Assembly: GCF_009914755.1 (NCBI RefSeq)
Contig: NC_060930.1
Source: the human T2T-CHM13v2.0 reference genome, Homo sapiens
DNA: 64,000 nucleotides
Reading direction: 5' to 3' (one strand)
The notes beneath the pieces are model-generated. The model worked only from the letters and a program-made list of their open reading frames with translations, was not told the DNA's origin and searched no databases. Positions 29,863-47,343 of this stretch are shown here, piece by piece; the first letter of the stretch is position 1; the number at the start of each line of letters is the position of its first letter. Made by a program: the position numbers and the translations under genes.

Positions 29863-31156
29863 GATCTCTATTTTATTTTTTATGACATATTAATCATGTT
29901 TGTTCTCTTGTGTCCTCTCTTTCTTTCTCTCGATTTTCCAGTGGTCCACGGTGGTCTATTTGTAGGGTTCATATTTACAAATGGGAGTCAAGGTGACTCC
30001 ACTACAGTTATGTGAAAAAGTTTCCCTGCCATGCCTCTCCCTACACTGGGCGAGCTGATCTGGTTCCGGGTCAGTGGATGGAGCATTTCCTCTCGCAGGC
30101 ACACCTTCAGGCTGGTGGGAGCAACTTGGGCCATGGACTGGAACCATGTCAATGGAGAAGACTTCCTCTGTGCCAGGTCCTGGTCAGAGCTGCCGTCTTG
30201 ATTTATTTGTATCCCTCTTTCCGTCTGTGGTAAAGATCTGGAGGTTCTTAAGCTCTCTCTGGCCTCAAAACCCACAGCAGGAAATTTCCTCACTCAGATC
30301 ACCCACATTTTTAGCAAGCAGAGCTTCAGTTTTGAGTGGAGGGCAGGAGTATTGGGCAGTAGGGAAGGACACAGTTCTCTACGCCGTTCTGAATGCAGTG
30401 CATTAATAAACTCTCTTCACAGTTGCTCCAGGGTGCTTTGCATTGGTGAACTTCTGGCTTCCAGGAAGAACCTGGTTACCTCTGATGTGTTGGGTTGTTG
30501 TTCCATCTACTCTAAATTCTGTGCCAATCCATCCCATCTGTTTCCTACCATTGGTTTATTTTTAAAAAATATTTTATATTTATGTAGATTTATGAACTTG
30601 ATTATTATACCATCATTAGAGTTTGGGTCCAGAGTCAAACTTCTATAAACCTGTAATCAAAAATTGGCCTTTATTTTCATGTAGAAGGAAGTAGCAGACC
30701 AAAATGGAGTTCTATATTCCATTTTTCTAAATGAGCCATTGAGATGTAGAGCAAGCAAGTGCCCTTTTGAGGGAATGTGTGTGTGTGTGTGCACACATGC
30801 AAGGGCATTTTCCCATGTCTCCCATCCTTTAATTATTCCAGTAGACAGTGGGCCAGCAGCAGGTGGTGGCATAACTTCTCCATTTGCAGTGCTGTGGCTG
30901 TGGTGGGATCTGAACAGGAGGCAACCTTGGCAACAGTAGGAATAGAATGTGGAGTCAGCAGGAAGCGCTTTTCCCTCCCACTTACCTGTCTTCTTGTAGC
31001 AGACAGCAGTGCGGGCAGCTTCGGCTGACTTGCTTAGCCTGTTTCCATTGTGAGCATAAACACCTTAGACGTTTTTTCATTTCAGGACACTGGAGCTTGA
31101 TGAAATTAAACTACACTCATTGTCTCAGGCAAATCTCCTAATCCTATTCTGTGCTT

Positions 31157-31179
31157 TTGTTGTTGTTGTTGTTGTTGTT
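31157..31179. repeat. (TTG)n trinucleotide repeat
   Basis: ttgttgttgttgttgttgttg. Confidence 0.9.
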
Positions 31180-32498
31180 AGTGGTGTGTTTCTCTCTCCA
31201 CTTCGCTTTCCTTTTAAAACACAACAAATTTTTTTTTTTAATTTTAAATGAACTTATTCATTGCCTCCCTATGTGTCCCCTCCTTTCTAGTGATATTGCC
31301 GCTGTTCATTCCCAGCTGTTCTTGATTCTTGTACAAGACTCTTTGCTGGGCTTCTGCCTTCTAGACGCTTCACCTTCCCGTTATTTCTTCCCTCTGCCCC
31401 CGGAAAGGCCCTTACCATGGCTCTGATGATGATGACAGCTGACCCTTTTCCAAGGTGGAATCCACGTTTGATTCTCTGATCTTGTACTGGCTTAGCACAG
31501 TGCTCGGCATTCAGTAAATAAGGTTAAGGAAGGCCAGTGATATACAGTAGTAGAAAACAGCAGTTAATGAAGGCTTGCTTTCTGTCACAGGTTCCTCTCC
31601 TCCAGGACTGCAGCATCTCTGTCTTTCTGTCGTAGCATACAAGATAGCATCTCTGTCTTTCTATTGCAACTTCCAGGTGAGAAGCCCTCCCACAAGCATA
31701 TACAAATTTTATGGAAACAGACAAAAATTTGTAGGGAAGCAAATACCTTCAAGGTTGAGTCTTTCTGGTCTTCTAGAAGGTAAGCTTGGTGATGGGGCAG
31801 TCACAGCCCTAGTGCTTATGGAACTTGGCCCTTTGGGGACAGATCTCAGTTAACTAAAGAAATGCTATGGCACAGAGTACCTTGAATCTCCTCTAATTTA
31901 TGCTGTACAGGGAATTATTCACACTTTATTGTTAATAACACATTACATGGGGGAACACCAGACAGCTGACCAGGACTCCTGTGCTTGAAAGCTTCTGCTC
32001 TTCAGCAGGGCAGCCAGCCTCTTCTCGGTTTAGCACAGAGCTTTTATTCTCCTCGCTCTCTCTAAACTCCTGTTCAAGACAGTTTCCAATTCTGTTGAAT
32101 TCACTCATTTACCTCATCTGTGCCTTTCCCCACCTCATTCTCTCCCCTTCAGAGTGCCCATTTCTGTGTTTCAAATCCCACAAGGCCAAGCTTAGATGCT
32201 ATTATGTCTATGACATTCTCCACCTCTATCCCAATAAAAACCTTTGATTTCATCTTGCTGTTTGTATCTTTACTCTGTTATATTTCACCCATACCAGAGT
32301 TGTTTGTGGACATGCCTGATTTCCTTCAGGCTGTAGGCATATTTGATTCATTTTTGTACTCCATGAGTGCCTAACATAGCATCTTATACACCATAGATAA
32401 TTAATAGATGCCTCTTGGCTGCATTTGTATTAAATTTTTACCATGTACTTGTCCTAGCTAGCAGAGACTTGGGGGGAAATAATGATGACTGATTTTTA

Positions 32499-33926
32499 CT
32501 TATTTATTTATTTTTTATTCCCATAGGTTTTTGAGGAACAGGTGGTGTTTGGTTACATGAATAAGTTCTTTAGTGGTGATTTCTGAGATTTTGGTGCATC
32601 CATCACACGAGCGGTGTACACTGTATCTAGTTTGTAATTTTTTTATCCCTCACTCCTTTCCCTCCCTTTCTCCCGAGTCCCCAAAGTCCATTGTATCATT
32701 CTTATGCCTTTACATACCCATAGCTTAGCTCCCACTTATGAGTGAGAATATATGATGTATGGTTTTTCATTCCCAAGTTACTTCACTTTGAATAGTGGTC
32801 TCCAATTCCATCCAGAACCCTCAAAACCATGCAAAACCATGGAAACAAAACAGCCTGCTCCTGAATGATCATTAAGTCAACAATGAAATCAAGAGAGAAA
32901 TTTAAAAATTCTTTGAGCTGAATGATAATAGCGATACAACTTACCAAAACCTCTGGGATACAGCAAAAGCAGTGTCAAGAGGAAAGTTCATAGCATTAAA
33001 TACCTACATCAAAAAGTCTGAAAGAGCACAAATAGACAATCTAAGGTCACACCTCAGAGAACTAGGGAAACAAGAACAAATCAAACCCAAACCCAGCAGA
33101 AGGAAAGAAATAACGAAGATCAGAGCAGAACTAAATGAAATTGAAACAAACAACAACAATAAAAAAGATAAATGAAACAAAAGGCTGTTTTTTTGAAAAG
33201 ATAAATAAAATGGATATAACACTAGTGAGATTAACCAGGAAGAGAGAGGATCCAAATAAGCTCAATTAGAAACGAAACAGAAGCTATTATAATCAATACC
33301 ACAGAAATACAAAAGATATTAGAAGCTACTATGAACATCTTTACACACATAAACTAGAAAACTTAAAGGAGATGGATAAATTCCTGGAAATATACAACCC
33401 TCCTAGGTTAAGCCAGAAAGAATTAGAAACTCTAAACAGACCAATAGCAAGCAGCGAGATTGAAATGATAATAAAAAAAATTGCCAACAAAAAAAGTCCA
33501 GGACCACACAGATTCACAGCTAAATTGTATCAGACATTCAAAGAAAAATTGATACCAATCCTACTGAAACTATTCCACAAGACAGAGAAAGAGGGAATCC
33601 TCCCTAAATCATTTTATGAAGCCAGTATCACCCTAATACCAAAACCAGGAAAGGACATAACAAAAAAGAAAACTACAGCCCAATATCCCTGATAAATATA
33701 GATGCAAAAATCCTTAACAAAATACTAGCTAAGTGAATCCAACAGCATATCAAAAAGATAATCAACTATGATCAGGTGGGTTTCATACCAGGGATGCAGG
33801 GATGGTTTAACATTCACAAGTCAATAAATGTGATACACCACATGAATAGAATTAAAAACAAAAATCACATGAGCATCTCAATAGATGCAGAAAAAGCATT
33901 TGACAAAACCTAGCATCCAATTATGA
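32499..33926 (-). mobile_element. L1PB with inversion: 3' end minus (32499-32815), ORF2 middle plus (32815-33926)
   Basis: L1PB 3'UTR (ggtgtttggttacatgaataagttctttagtggtgatttc); plus ORFs [16 protein letters not shown] and [13 protein letters not shown]...KSPGP are L1 ORF2. Confidence 0.9.
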
Positions 33927-33980
33927 CAATTTTTAAATATGGGGAATGGTCTTCATGGAAAAGTAGATGTTAATGGCACC

Positions 33981-34494
33981 TGTATTAGGGTTCTCTAGAG
34001 GGACAGAACTAATAGGATAGATGTATATATAAAGGGGAGTTTATTAAGAAGTATTGACTCACACGATCACAAGGTTGGGTTCCACAATAGGCCGTCTGCA
34101 AGCTGAAGAGCAAGGAAGCCAGTCCAAGTCCCAAAACCTCAAAAGCAGGGAAGCCAAAAGTGCAGCCTTCAGTCTGTGGTTGAAGGTATAAGAGTCCCAA
34201 AGCTGAAGAACTTCACGTCAGAAATTCGAGGGCAGGAAGCATCCAGCATGGGAGAAAGATGTAGGCCAGAAGACTAAACCAGTCTAGTCTTTCCATGTTC
34301 TTCTGCCTGCTTTTATTCTGGCCATGCTGGCAGCTGATTAGATGGTGCCCACCCAGATTGAGGGCGGGTCTGCCTTTCCCAGCTCACTGACTCAAATGTT
34401 AATCTCCTTTGGCAACATCCTCACAGATACACCCAGGAGCAATACTTTGCATCCTTCAATCCAATCAAGTTGACATTACATATTAATCATCACA
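33981..34494 (-). mobile_element. MLT2A (HERV-L) solo LTR
   Basis: tgtattagggttctctagagggacagaactaatagg...caatccaatcaagttgaca...atcaca; TSD gcacc/gcaac. Confidence 0.92.
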
Positions 34495-35249
34495 GCAACC
34501 AAAAGATTATCTCATTTAATCCTTACAATAGCTCTGTGTAGTGGGTATATATTTTCCTTTTGCTGAAGAGGAAGTAGGCTTAGAGGGGTTGAGTAATTTG
34601 CCCAGAATACCTAGGTAGTAGAAGATAGTAGAGCCATTATATTCTGTCTGCATTCAAAAGAGTGTGCTGCTTTATTTGTTCCTGAATTGCACACAAGCTA
34701 AAGAATACAACTGGATGTTCAGTCTACTCCTATTTTGATAACTTGGCTAACTTTACTGCAGAGTCTGCAGAGGTGACCAATTTTACTCTGGGAGATACCA
34801 GGGAATCCGCCATGTAATTCCTCAGGCTGAGTGTTTTGGAAACACAAAGCTGTCACTGCTATTAAGTGATGTTTTTTCCTGAGAGTCTACTATGCTCCCA
34901 GTACCAGCCTCCGCAGGCCCTCTGTCTACCCCTTTTCTGTCCTGATGTGTTCTAGCAGGCACTGAGAAAGTCATTGTAGAAGTTACCATGACTTTCCAAA
35001 TGCTTCCAGAAGCAGAACACAATTTCACAGGAGGGCCAATAAGTATGAATGCCACCTTGATAGAAAGTGAAGTTTTGCGTCCTGTTGAACACTCAGTAAA
35101 TGCTTCCTGAATAGATGCAGGATTGGCAAAACATAGCTCCCCAGCTTTCATAATTCAGACTCAGAGGCCCTTCGTGCTCCTGTTATTCTTGTTACTTCAT
35201 GTCAGGTACCTAAAAGGGTTGTTTTTCAGTTTTCGTCATTGATTTAAAG

Positions 35250-35425
35250 CAGAGGTTAGTAAACTTTTTCTGTAAAGGCCAGGTAGTTAGTATTTTAGCC
35301 TTTGTGAGTATTTGGTCTCACAAAAGCAGCCATAGATGATATGTAAATGAATGTGCATGGCTGTGATCTGATAAAACTTTATTTAAAAATGAGGGGTCAT
35401 CTGGGCTGTGGTTTTTCAACCCCTG
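35250..35425. mobile_element. MER58A-like hAT-Charlie MITE
   Basis: cagaggtt...aacccctg termini; aaactttttctgtaaagg; 8-bp TSD atttaaag/atttaaaa. Confidence 0.85.
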
Positions 35426-35569
35426 ATTTAAAACAAAAACAAAATGTGCTATGCCTGTTAGATGCTACTACATTTGATTCTGTGTTTTCCATATTTTTCT
35501 AAAATGTACTGAACAGGAAATGAACAAACTGATGACACAATGATCTAATTTAATCATTGAGATAAGAGT

Positions 35570-36020
35570 GGCGCCAACTCTTATTGAGTATTTGTTATGT
35601 GTCAGGCACTTGGCTAAGCACTTTACATGTTTTCTATGATTTATAAAGCAAATATTGTTATTATCTTCATTTTTTTGCTGAGGGAAGGAATAAAGTCACA
35701 GCCAGCTTACAGAGGCTGCCGGAGGTCACACATCACCAGTACACTGAAACACGTGGTCTGATTACAGGATCCATGATCTCCTGTACAGATCATAGTGATA
35801 TTGACCTGAGAGGAAAGAGCCTAGGACTTACAATCAGAAATCTGGGTTCACATTTCAACTCCGTTCCATGCCAAATTACATTAAAACTGGGCCTCACCTT
35901 TCCCACCTGTGAAAGAGGAATAATACTAGGACTTGCCCTCCCAACCTTAGAGATTGCTGTGAGGATAAAAGCCTATATGAATGTGCTTTATAAACTATAA
36001 ACACCATACAAATGTTTGTT
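35570..36020. mobile_element. Two adjacent, oppositely oriented MIR fragments
   Basis: ttattgagta...tgtcaggcact...aagcactttaca and ...gattgctgtgaggataaaa...gtgctttataaact. Confidence 0.6.
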
Positions 36021-36714
36021 ATAAGTCTGCCATTTGAATACATCTTAGTCTTTTTTTCCTATGTGAAATAAAACATTTTAAGACAAGCAATGAAATTCTT
36101 GAAACTATAACAGGTTTTTAAGGGTGTTGATCCCCAAAGCCGTCTTCACTATTTTGCTCCCTCTCTGACTCGCTCTGTCTCTGCCTAGCAGCGCTAGTCT
36201 TTTCTACGTGTTTGATCTGTTGTTCCTGTGTTTAGGCCCATCCCTACTACACAGCGGAAGTCAGCTATTTTTTCTCTTTCCTTTGCTCTGCTGAGCAAGA
36301 TTAAACTCTTTTCACCTGGACTTTTCCTAGATTACTCAGGCTGGGTGGAAATGGGGTAGCTGTGAGGCTGGGATGTTACTGTACAATTCAAATTTATGAT
36401 CTGAACTTAACTAGATCTTGCTGAAGATTGACCTGGCTAGCACAGTTTTGAGGCACCTATCTTTCAGTCCCTTCTGTCCTCTTGGCCTGGCCACTGGCCA
36501 CATGTTAGTAGCTTACTTCTAAGGATGGAATGCCATGCATCTCCTACAAGGTTGTCTCTATGCTTCACACAAAGTAAAAGAATGGAGGCAACTTTGAATG
36601 CTGCTCATTTTCACTCAGGCAATCCCTTTACAATATTGTGCTTAGTAAACTCCCCCCACTCTTTTTTTCCCTTAGCTTGTTTTTTTTTTCTAATAAAAGT
36701 CTATATCAATTTGA

Positions 36715-37134
36715 TGTATTAGTTAGGGTTCTCTGGAGAAACAGAACCAGTAGGATCAATTGATTGGTCAATCAATCAATCAAGACAAAAAGAGATTCAT
36801 CTGGAAGGAGTTGATTCATGCCATTGCGGTCATTGGCTAGTCTGAAATCTGTAAGGCAGGCTGGCTGACTGGAAGCTCAGGCGGGATTTCTCTGCTGCAG
36901 TCTCAAGGCAGAATTCCGTCCTCTTGGGGAAACCTCAGTCTTTGCTCTTAAAGCTTTCAATTGATTGGATGAGGCCTACACACATTATGGAGAATAATCT
37001 GTTTTACTTAAAGTCTACTGATTGTAAACATTAATTATATTTAAAAAGTACTTTCACAGCAACATTTAGACTAGTGTTTGACCAACAACTGGGCACCACG
37101 GTCAAGCCAAGTTGGCATATAGAATTAGCCAGCA
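36715..37134 (-). mobile_element. MLT2 (MLT2D-like) LTR
   Basis: tgtattagttagggttctc.ggagaaacagaacc...gattggatgaggcc...tagactagtgtttgacc. Confidence 0.85.
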
Positions 37135-38289
37135 AACTTGGTATTCACAATCTGTCATTATAGTCTTGTCTATAAACCTAAGGTTTAGAGAAACGCTGGT
37201 CATTCTGAACAATTCCCTGTGAATGCAGAGATCAAGGAGCCTCCCCTTAACTGGGTAGGCAGTGTGAAATACCTGCAGTGTGCTTGACCTTACTGTTCAC
37301 CCACTGGCAGCTGTTCCTACAGCTTGGCTTCAGATATATAATATTACATTGGCTAACTTCAAAGAGCATTGTTTTCCAAGGATAGAGATGGTGATGGTGT
37401 ATATTACTTTTACCAGCCCCAGACCTGTAAGAGGTTCTCATCTCTTTTGTTTAAGATTTTGTTGTTTTTTTTTAATGCTCAATAAAAGAAGCTTTATTCT
37501 TTCATTAAAAAACAAATCTCAGAAGAACAGGGAAGAAGAGGGTAGCCTATGAAAGTGTGATTGTTATTTGATACCATCGTGACTTAGCTTGTTTTCACCT
37601 AAGACTCTGAGATTCTATTCTGTTTATGTGAGATTTGGGCTGAGTTCAACTACTATCCATATTAACTGAATCATAAAACAATTAATCCATCATCTGGTTA
37701 CATTTTGGTGGGGAGGGAGCATTTAACACAACACTAAGCCACATATTTCACTATTTTTTTTTTTTGCAGCAAATTGACTTAACTGCTTGCTTTCACACCA
37801 TGCCTATAAAACCTTTTTGGTTTTAGAGGTTCTATGTGTCTGGAAAGTACAGTGAAGTATCTCATCAGAATAGTATTAATATTTCTTATGACATTTCATA
37901 TGTCCTGATATGGGTTAATGGAGAAATATCATAAGAGTAGTAATTCTCTTGCTGTTATTATTTGTCCTATTTAGACAAACAGAACATAGAATTAATAAGA
38001 ATTCAAAAACTTTAATCACTGATAGAGATTAAATGATGTTTATATTAGTCATCATCACCTAATATCTTAAATATTTAACCTTTTATGCAGTGTTTGCCTC
38101 TCTACTTGGGTATGCCCTTAACAGTAAAAAGTGTTGATAATGCTCTCCCTTTTGGCACTCACAGAATTGCTATACATATATATGTATAAAATATATGTAA
38201 ATATAAAAATACATAGTTAAAAAAATAAATCTACCACTAAATATAGTAAGGGAGTTTTAAACTGAGGTTTTTGAAGTCTTTAAGAATTT

Positions 38290-40380
<2,091 letters not shown>

Positions 40381-40384
40381 ATGC

Positions 40385-40592
40385 ATCTTGCATCTCTGGT
40401 GTCTTTCTTGTGTCCAAACTTTTTCTTCTTTCAAGGACACCAGTTAGACTAGATTAGGGTCCACCTAATGACCTCATTTTAACTTATTTGCCTCTTTAAA
40501 GGTTCTATCTCCAAATACGGTCCCATTTTGAGGCACTAGGGGTTAGGGTTTCAACGTATAAATTTTGGGGGGACACATTCCAGCCGATAGCA
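40385..40592 (-). mobile_element. MLT1 LTR fragment
   Basis: aaggacaccagt...gattaggg...ctaatgacctcattttaact...tctccaaata...gggggacacatt. Confidence 0.8.
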
Positions 40593-41913
40593 ATTATAAA
40601 TACAACTTTTATAGTAAAAGCCCATCTTCTAGAACAGGTAGAGAACAAGGTTACTTATTTTTTTTAAGAACAAAATTGGTTTAAATTATCCTAAAATGAT
40701 TTTAGGAGAAAATGGACATTAAATATACAACATTTCCTCCTTTATTATTTTATTGATGACTTGATATGTTTTTTAAAACTCAGTAAAATAAATGATTAGT
40801 CTCATAATCATAAGAGAGTTATGCCCTTATTTTAATGCCATAAAACTGTGACTTCTGAAGAAATACAATCATATAAAATCATATTTTAATTTACTTTTGA
40901 GAATGTACAGTAACTCAGGAAGGCAGAGTGTGGAACCTGCTTTAATGAATAGATAAGAATGACTAGCAATTAAAAATTAATTATCTATAATTCTTCTGAA
41001 GTTCTTGAAAATAATCTCTTCTAACCTGGGTAAATATTCCTCCTTTTCAGAAATGTTTGCAATGTTGCTTTTTTTTAAATTAATCTCTTTTTCTTAGATA
41101 ATGGAACATAAATCTTAGGCACATTTGCTTTGTAAATACCAAATTGCACACAGATTAAAATTTAATGAGCTTTTACTGCTGTAATCTCAACAAGCAGAGT
41201 CTTTGCTGTTGGTTTTTCAATAAGAAATACTTTATTTTGTTATACAGTGGTCATTAAGAACCTTAAAGATAATCAGGACAGATTTTCCAAATTGCATAAT
41301 GCTATTGCCTAGCTATTTGCATGTATTTTTTTTAAATGACAAGACATTTCGTTAAATATTTACTTGCCTGACGTTGAAAGATTTAGACAAACAATGTACT
41401 TCTAGTTGTCACTTTTTCAAAAAGATTCTTAGGGAAAAGTTAGCCGTTTTGTTGGTTGGTAAGTGATGGGTTTTCTTGGAACGTGTTGCTTGCTAATTTT
41501 ACCAGAGAAGAAAATAAATTCAAATGGTAAGCTACATTCCAATTTGTATTCTTCTTCTAAAGTCCTCCCTGTTTGCATTCTCGGATTTTGACACTCCTAC
41601 ACACCAGTTAAAGCACTTGTTAGAGTGTCCAAAAAATTGTTGCAATTAATTTCCCAGTCTCTTCTCTCTTTGATGTGTCACTATAATGCTTTGAGTAATT
41701 TTCAGTGTCTGGCATCTGTTCAAGGACAATTTCTGGATTTTAGGAGGGGGAGAAGCAATAAAGGAAACAACATATGTTTTTTCCTAAATAGGAGGCATTT
41801 TTTGTTTGTTTGTTTGAACAAAAATCGAAAACTTTCTTTTCTATATAGGTGACAAAAAGATACACGACTCATTGGTTGTTAACTACCATTGCATTCTTTT
41901 CTCTTTGGAGTAG

Positions 41914-42330
<417 letters not shown>

Positions 42331-43706
42331 TAAAATGGCTGCAGGTATCTTAGTAGGAGACTAATTTTATTTTCCAATGATTAGAAAAAAATGACCAGAC
42401 CAAGAACTCTAGGGTTATGTTTCATCTCATATCCTGTGCAGGATGTTCTGAGAAGTTTCTATTTGTATCTGTGGAGTGGTTCTAGTCTTGTTCATCTTGC
42501 ATTTTAAGGTTTGGAGGTATTTTATCTTGCCTTGCTTCTTTACCACCTTGCTTTAATTTCCCCCTATATTGCCATTTCTAAAGTAATGACTCATTTTCAA
42601 GGGTGGGTCTGAAAGGAAAGAAATAATAAAACCAGAGATCTGGAGCAGTTTCTCGTTCATGGTCTTATTCACTTTTTAATAAGAGCATCTAGAACAGTGA
42701 GTGGTGCCCCAGCAGATATCTGGAAATTTTTGTGGAATTGAATTGAATTTGTTCTTAGAATAAATGACAATAAAGAAAATAGTATTATGGAAACTTTCGA
42801 CCCAAGGGAAATATCAAGGCTAAAGTTGCTATATTCTTTTTCTTCTGATGGATGCTGAGTTTTTCTCCTTAAAAAACAAATCCACATTTAAACATAAGGC
42901 ATTGTTTGATGGCCTATCACATTCAGTAGAATGGATTTGAGAAATACGTGTAGGATGCCTATTAAAAACTCTGTTTTGAAATTAAACCTAAGACTATAAG
43001 ATTGTCTGTTTAAAAAAATTATTGCTGCTGTAATTTGAGCAAATCTGAACTATATTGAACTTTAGAAATTCAAATGTATGCAATCTTGTAATATAACTTA
43101 CTCCATCGGTAGACATAGTTCTTTGTCCCACCTGGCTTCCAGCAGTTTGTCTGTCTGTCATTAGGCTAAACTCTTCATGTTCCTAAACATATTTTCCTCA
43201 AAAGGGGACATATTTCTTGGGTCAGATGTAAACATCAAGCTAAGGAGTTCTGCTGTGCGTCTAGACAAATAAGGTTCATTTTCATCCTCTACATAGTGTT
43301 AAACTTGAATTTAAGATCACACAGATTCCTTTACACGTTACCAATGTAATGATATAGACAATCTCACTTTATTCATTCACTCTGTTTAATTCATTCAATA
43401 AAAACGTATACATTGGCTGCCTACTGTGTGCCAGTTGGTGAAGATATAAAGATGATTAAGGCAAGGGTCTGTGCTGACATGCCTAATGGGCAGGCTGACA
43501 CACCTAAACGCCAGGGAAAAAGAGGGATGAGACCTGGGCCTCTGAAGCCCTGGCCACCTGGCTCGAAGCTCACTTTAATGTGCTTCTGGGTGTATTCCAT
43601 GACTTTTTAAAGGCGCTTATGTTTCCTTTCTGGTAAAGCATGTTTAACATGCAAAATGCTTATTTCATTGAGTAGCTTTTAAAAAGTGTTCATAGAATGT
43701 CTAGAA

Positions 43707-44451
<745 letters not shown>

Positions 44452-46275
44452 CTTTAGAATGACAGTTCAGTGCAACAAGTGCTATAATAGACTCATGAAC
44501 TGGAAGCTCCGGGAAGTTAAGAATGGGATCAATGAAGTGGGTCTTGAAAAACCAATAAAAATTCACCACGTAGAGAGGAGGAGGGCGACTACTCCAATTC
44601 AATCTTTTGAAAGCATGTGAAGGAGCAACAGTAGACTTCTTTAATTATTTAATAGTAATTTATTGAACATGAATTATGGGAGGTGCATGGTGTGGGTGCT
44701 GGTGAGACATAGTTCCTGAGCTCAAGTAGCTTGGTGTCTAAATATTCATGGGCCCATTTTTCAGAAAGGATGGATATGTGTGTGATCCTGGGTGTGCCAA
44801 ATGCTGTGGCTTCCTGAAGCTTAGATTTCCAGCTTGTCACCTTCAAGGTTACCTTGTGAATAGGACTTTTTTGAGCTGTAAGTAAATTTACTTTGCCTAT
44901 TTATTTCCAATGGAAAAAAAGCTTTTTTAAAAAATAAATCTCATCTTATTGCCTATGATTGGCCAAGACAACATGGCCCATACAGAAGGTTTTTGATGGC
45001 TTCTGAGGTCTGTTATCATTTGCTTATTGGCATTTCAGCTGTCAACCAGGGTTCTGTCAAATTCCATTCCTGCCTTTAGCTCTTTTACTTGAATACCTGG
45101 GGCAATGGCAGAAGTGGTTGCTATTTGTCACCTTTCCAGGATGTTAGTCGTGTCCTTGAGACAAATAGAAAATTTAAAGTCAGATGACTTGATTCCTCTG
45201 CCAGTTAAGACCCTTAGAGAGTCCTCAGCATGTTGCTTATTTTTAAATTTCAAGTCCCTGGTAAGGATCAAGTAAACTCCCCAATTTGCAGATTTCTATC
45301 CAGTTGACTATGGATTTTGCCTGTTGCTTTGTTTCCACCAACTCTCCCTGAAGATGAGGCGCACAGACAGACAACTCACAGGCAAGAACAGCCTGGTCCA
45401 TCTTGAAAGATTCTCAAGACTATTCTCCACAAGATAATTGTCTACTTTTAAAAATATTCAGTAAAGGGAATTTTTGCTGTTATCCTTGGTTGTGTTTTTA
45501 GTATCTCATCATCCTTCTAGTTGTAGGAGGCTTTTCCTAACATCTAACCCATATGTCTGTTGTCTCATCAGGTGTTTCTATTAAGGCTACTTCCCCATCA
45601 ATCTTAATTTTTTTTTTAATCTTCTGAGATGTATAGGTTAAGTTGAAATCAGAGACTTTCATAAAATGGTAAGATGGCCATTTAAATGCAACTATGAGGA
45701 AATAATGTAAGCAGGATTCCATTGGAGAACCAAACACTAGCAACAACTAACTTGGTAATCAATGTTGGGACTTGAAGTTAGGCTAAAATCAATAGTAATG
45801 GCACTCGTATGTACAAATGCAGAACTTTTTACACACAATGATTTTTCCCTCTGTTATTATACACTAGCTGTGTCTGAGTAGACAGTCCAGCTCCACTACC
45901 TGCAGTCCACCCTGGGCTGTGTAATCTGAGCACTGATGGGCTGTTATTTGTACGTATTACTTCTATGACACTGTTTTTTCATCTGTGTTAGAAATGTCTT
46001 TCTTTCTTGAATAAGCTGCTTCAATTTCTTATAGACAGATTCTGCTTTTATGACCCTTGTTTCTACAAAGTAATCTCTACTCATGCTGAAATCTCAGACA
46101 ATTTTAACAAATATTTAGAGTACTTAATTTTTCTTTGAATTCTAAATATTATCCTTCTTTAGTTCACCATAGTTGGATATTTTGAGATAACTGTGGAGGA
46201 AACAGCACTGATCCTGGGGCCATGAAACCTGATTTCAAGATCTAGTCCCTTCTTTAATTTTGCACAACTAATTTA

Positions 46276-46928
<653 letters not shown>

Positions 46929-46985
46929 TCAGGTATCAGTCTTATACCATGTCGGATGGGGCAATCGTCATAACTTTTTAAAAAA

Positions 46986-47343
<358 letters not shown>

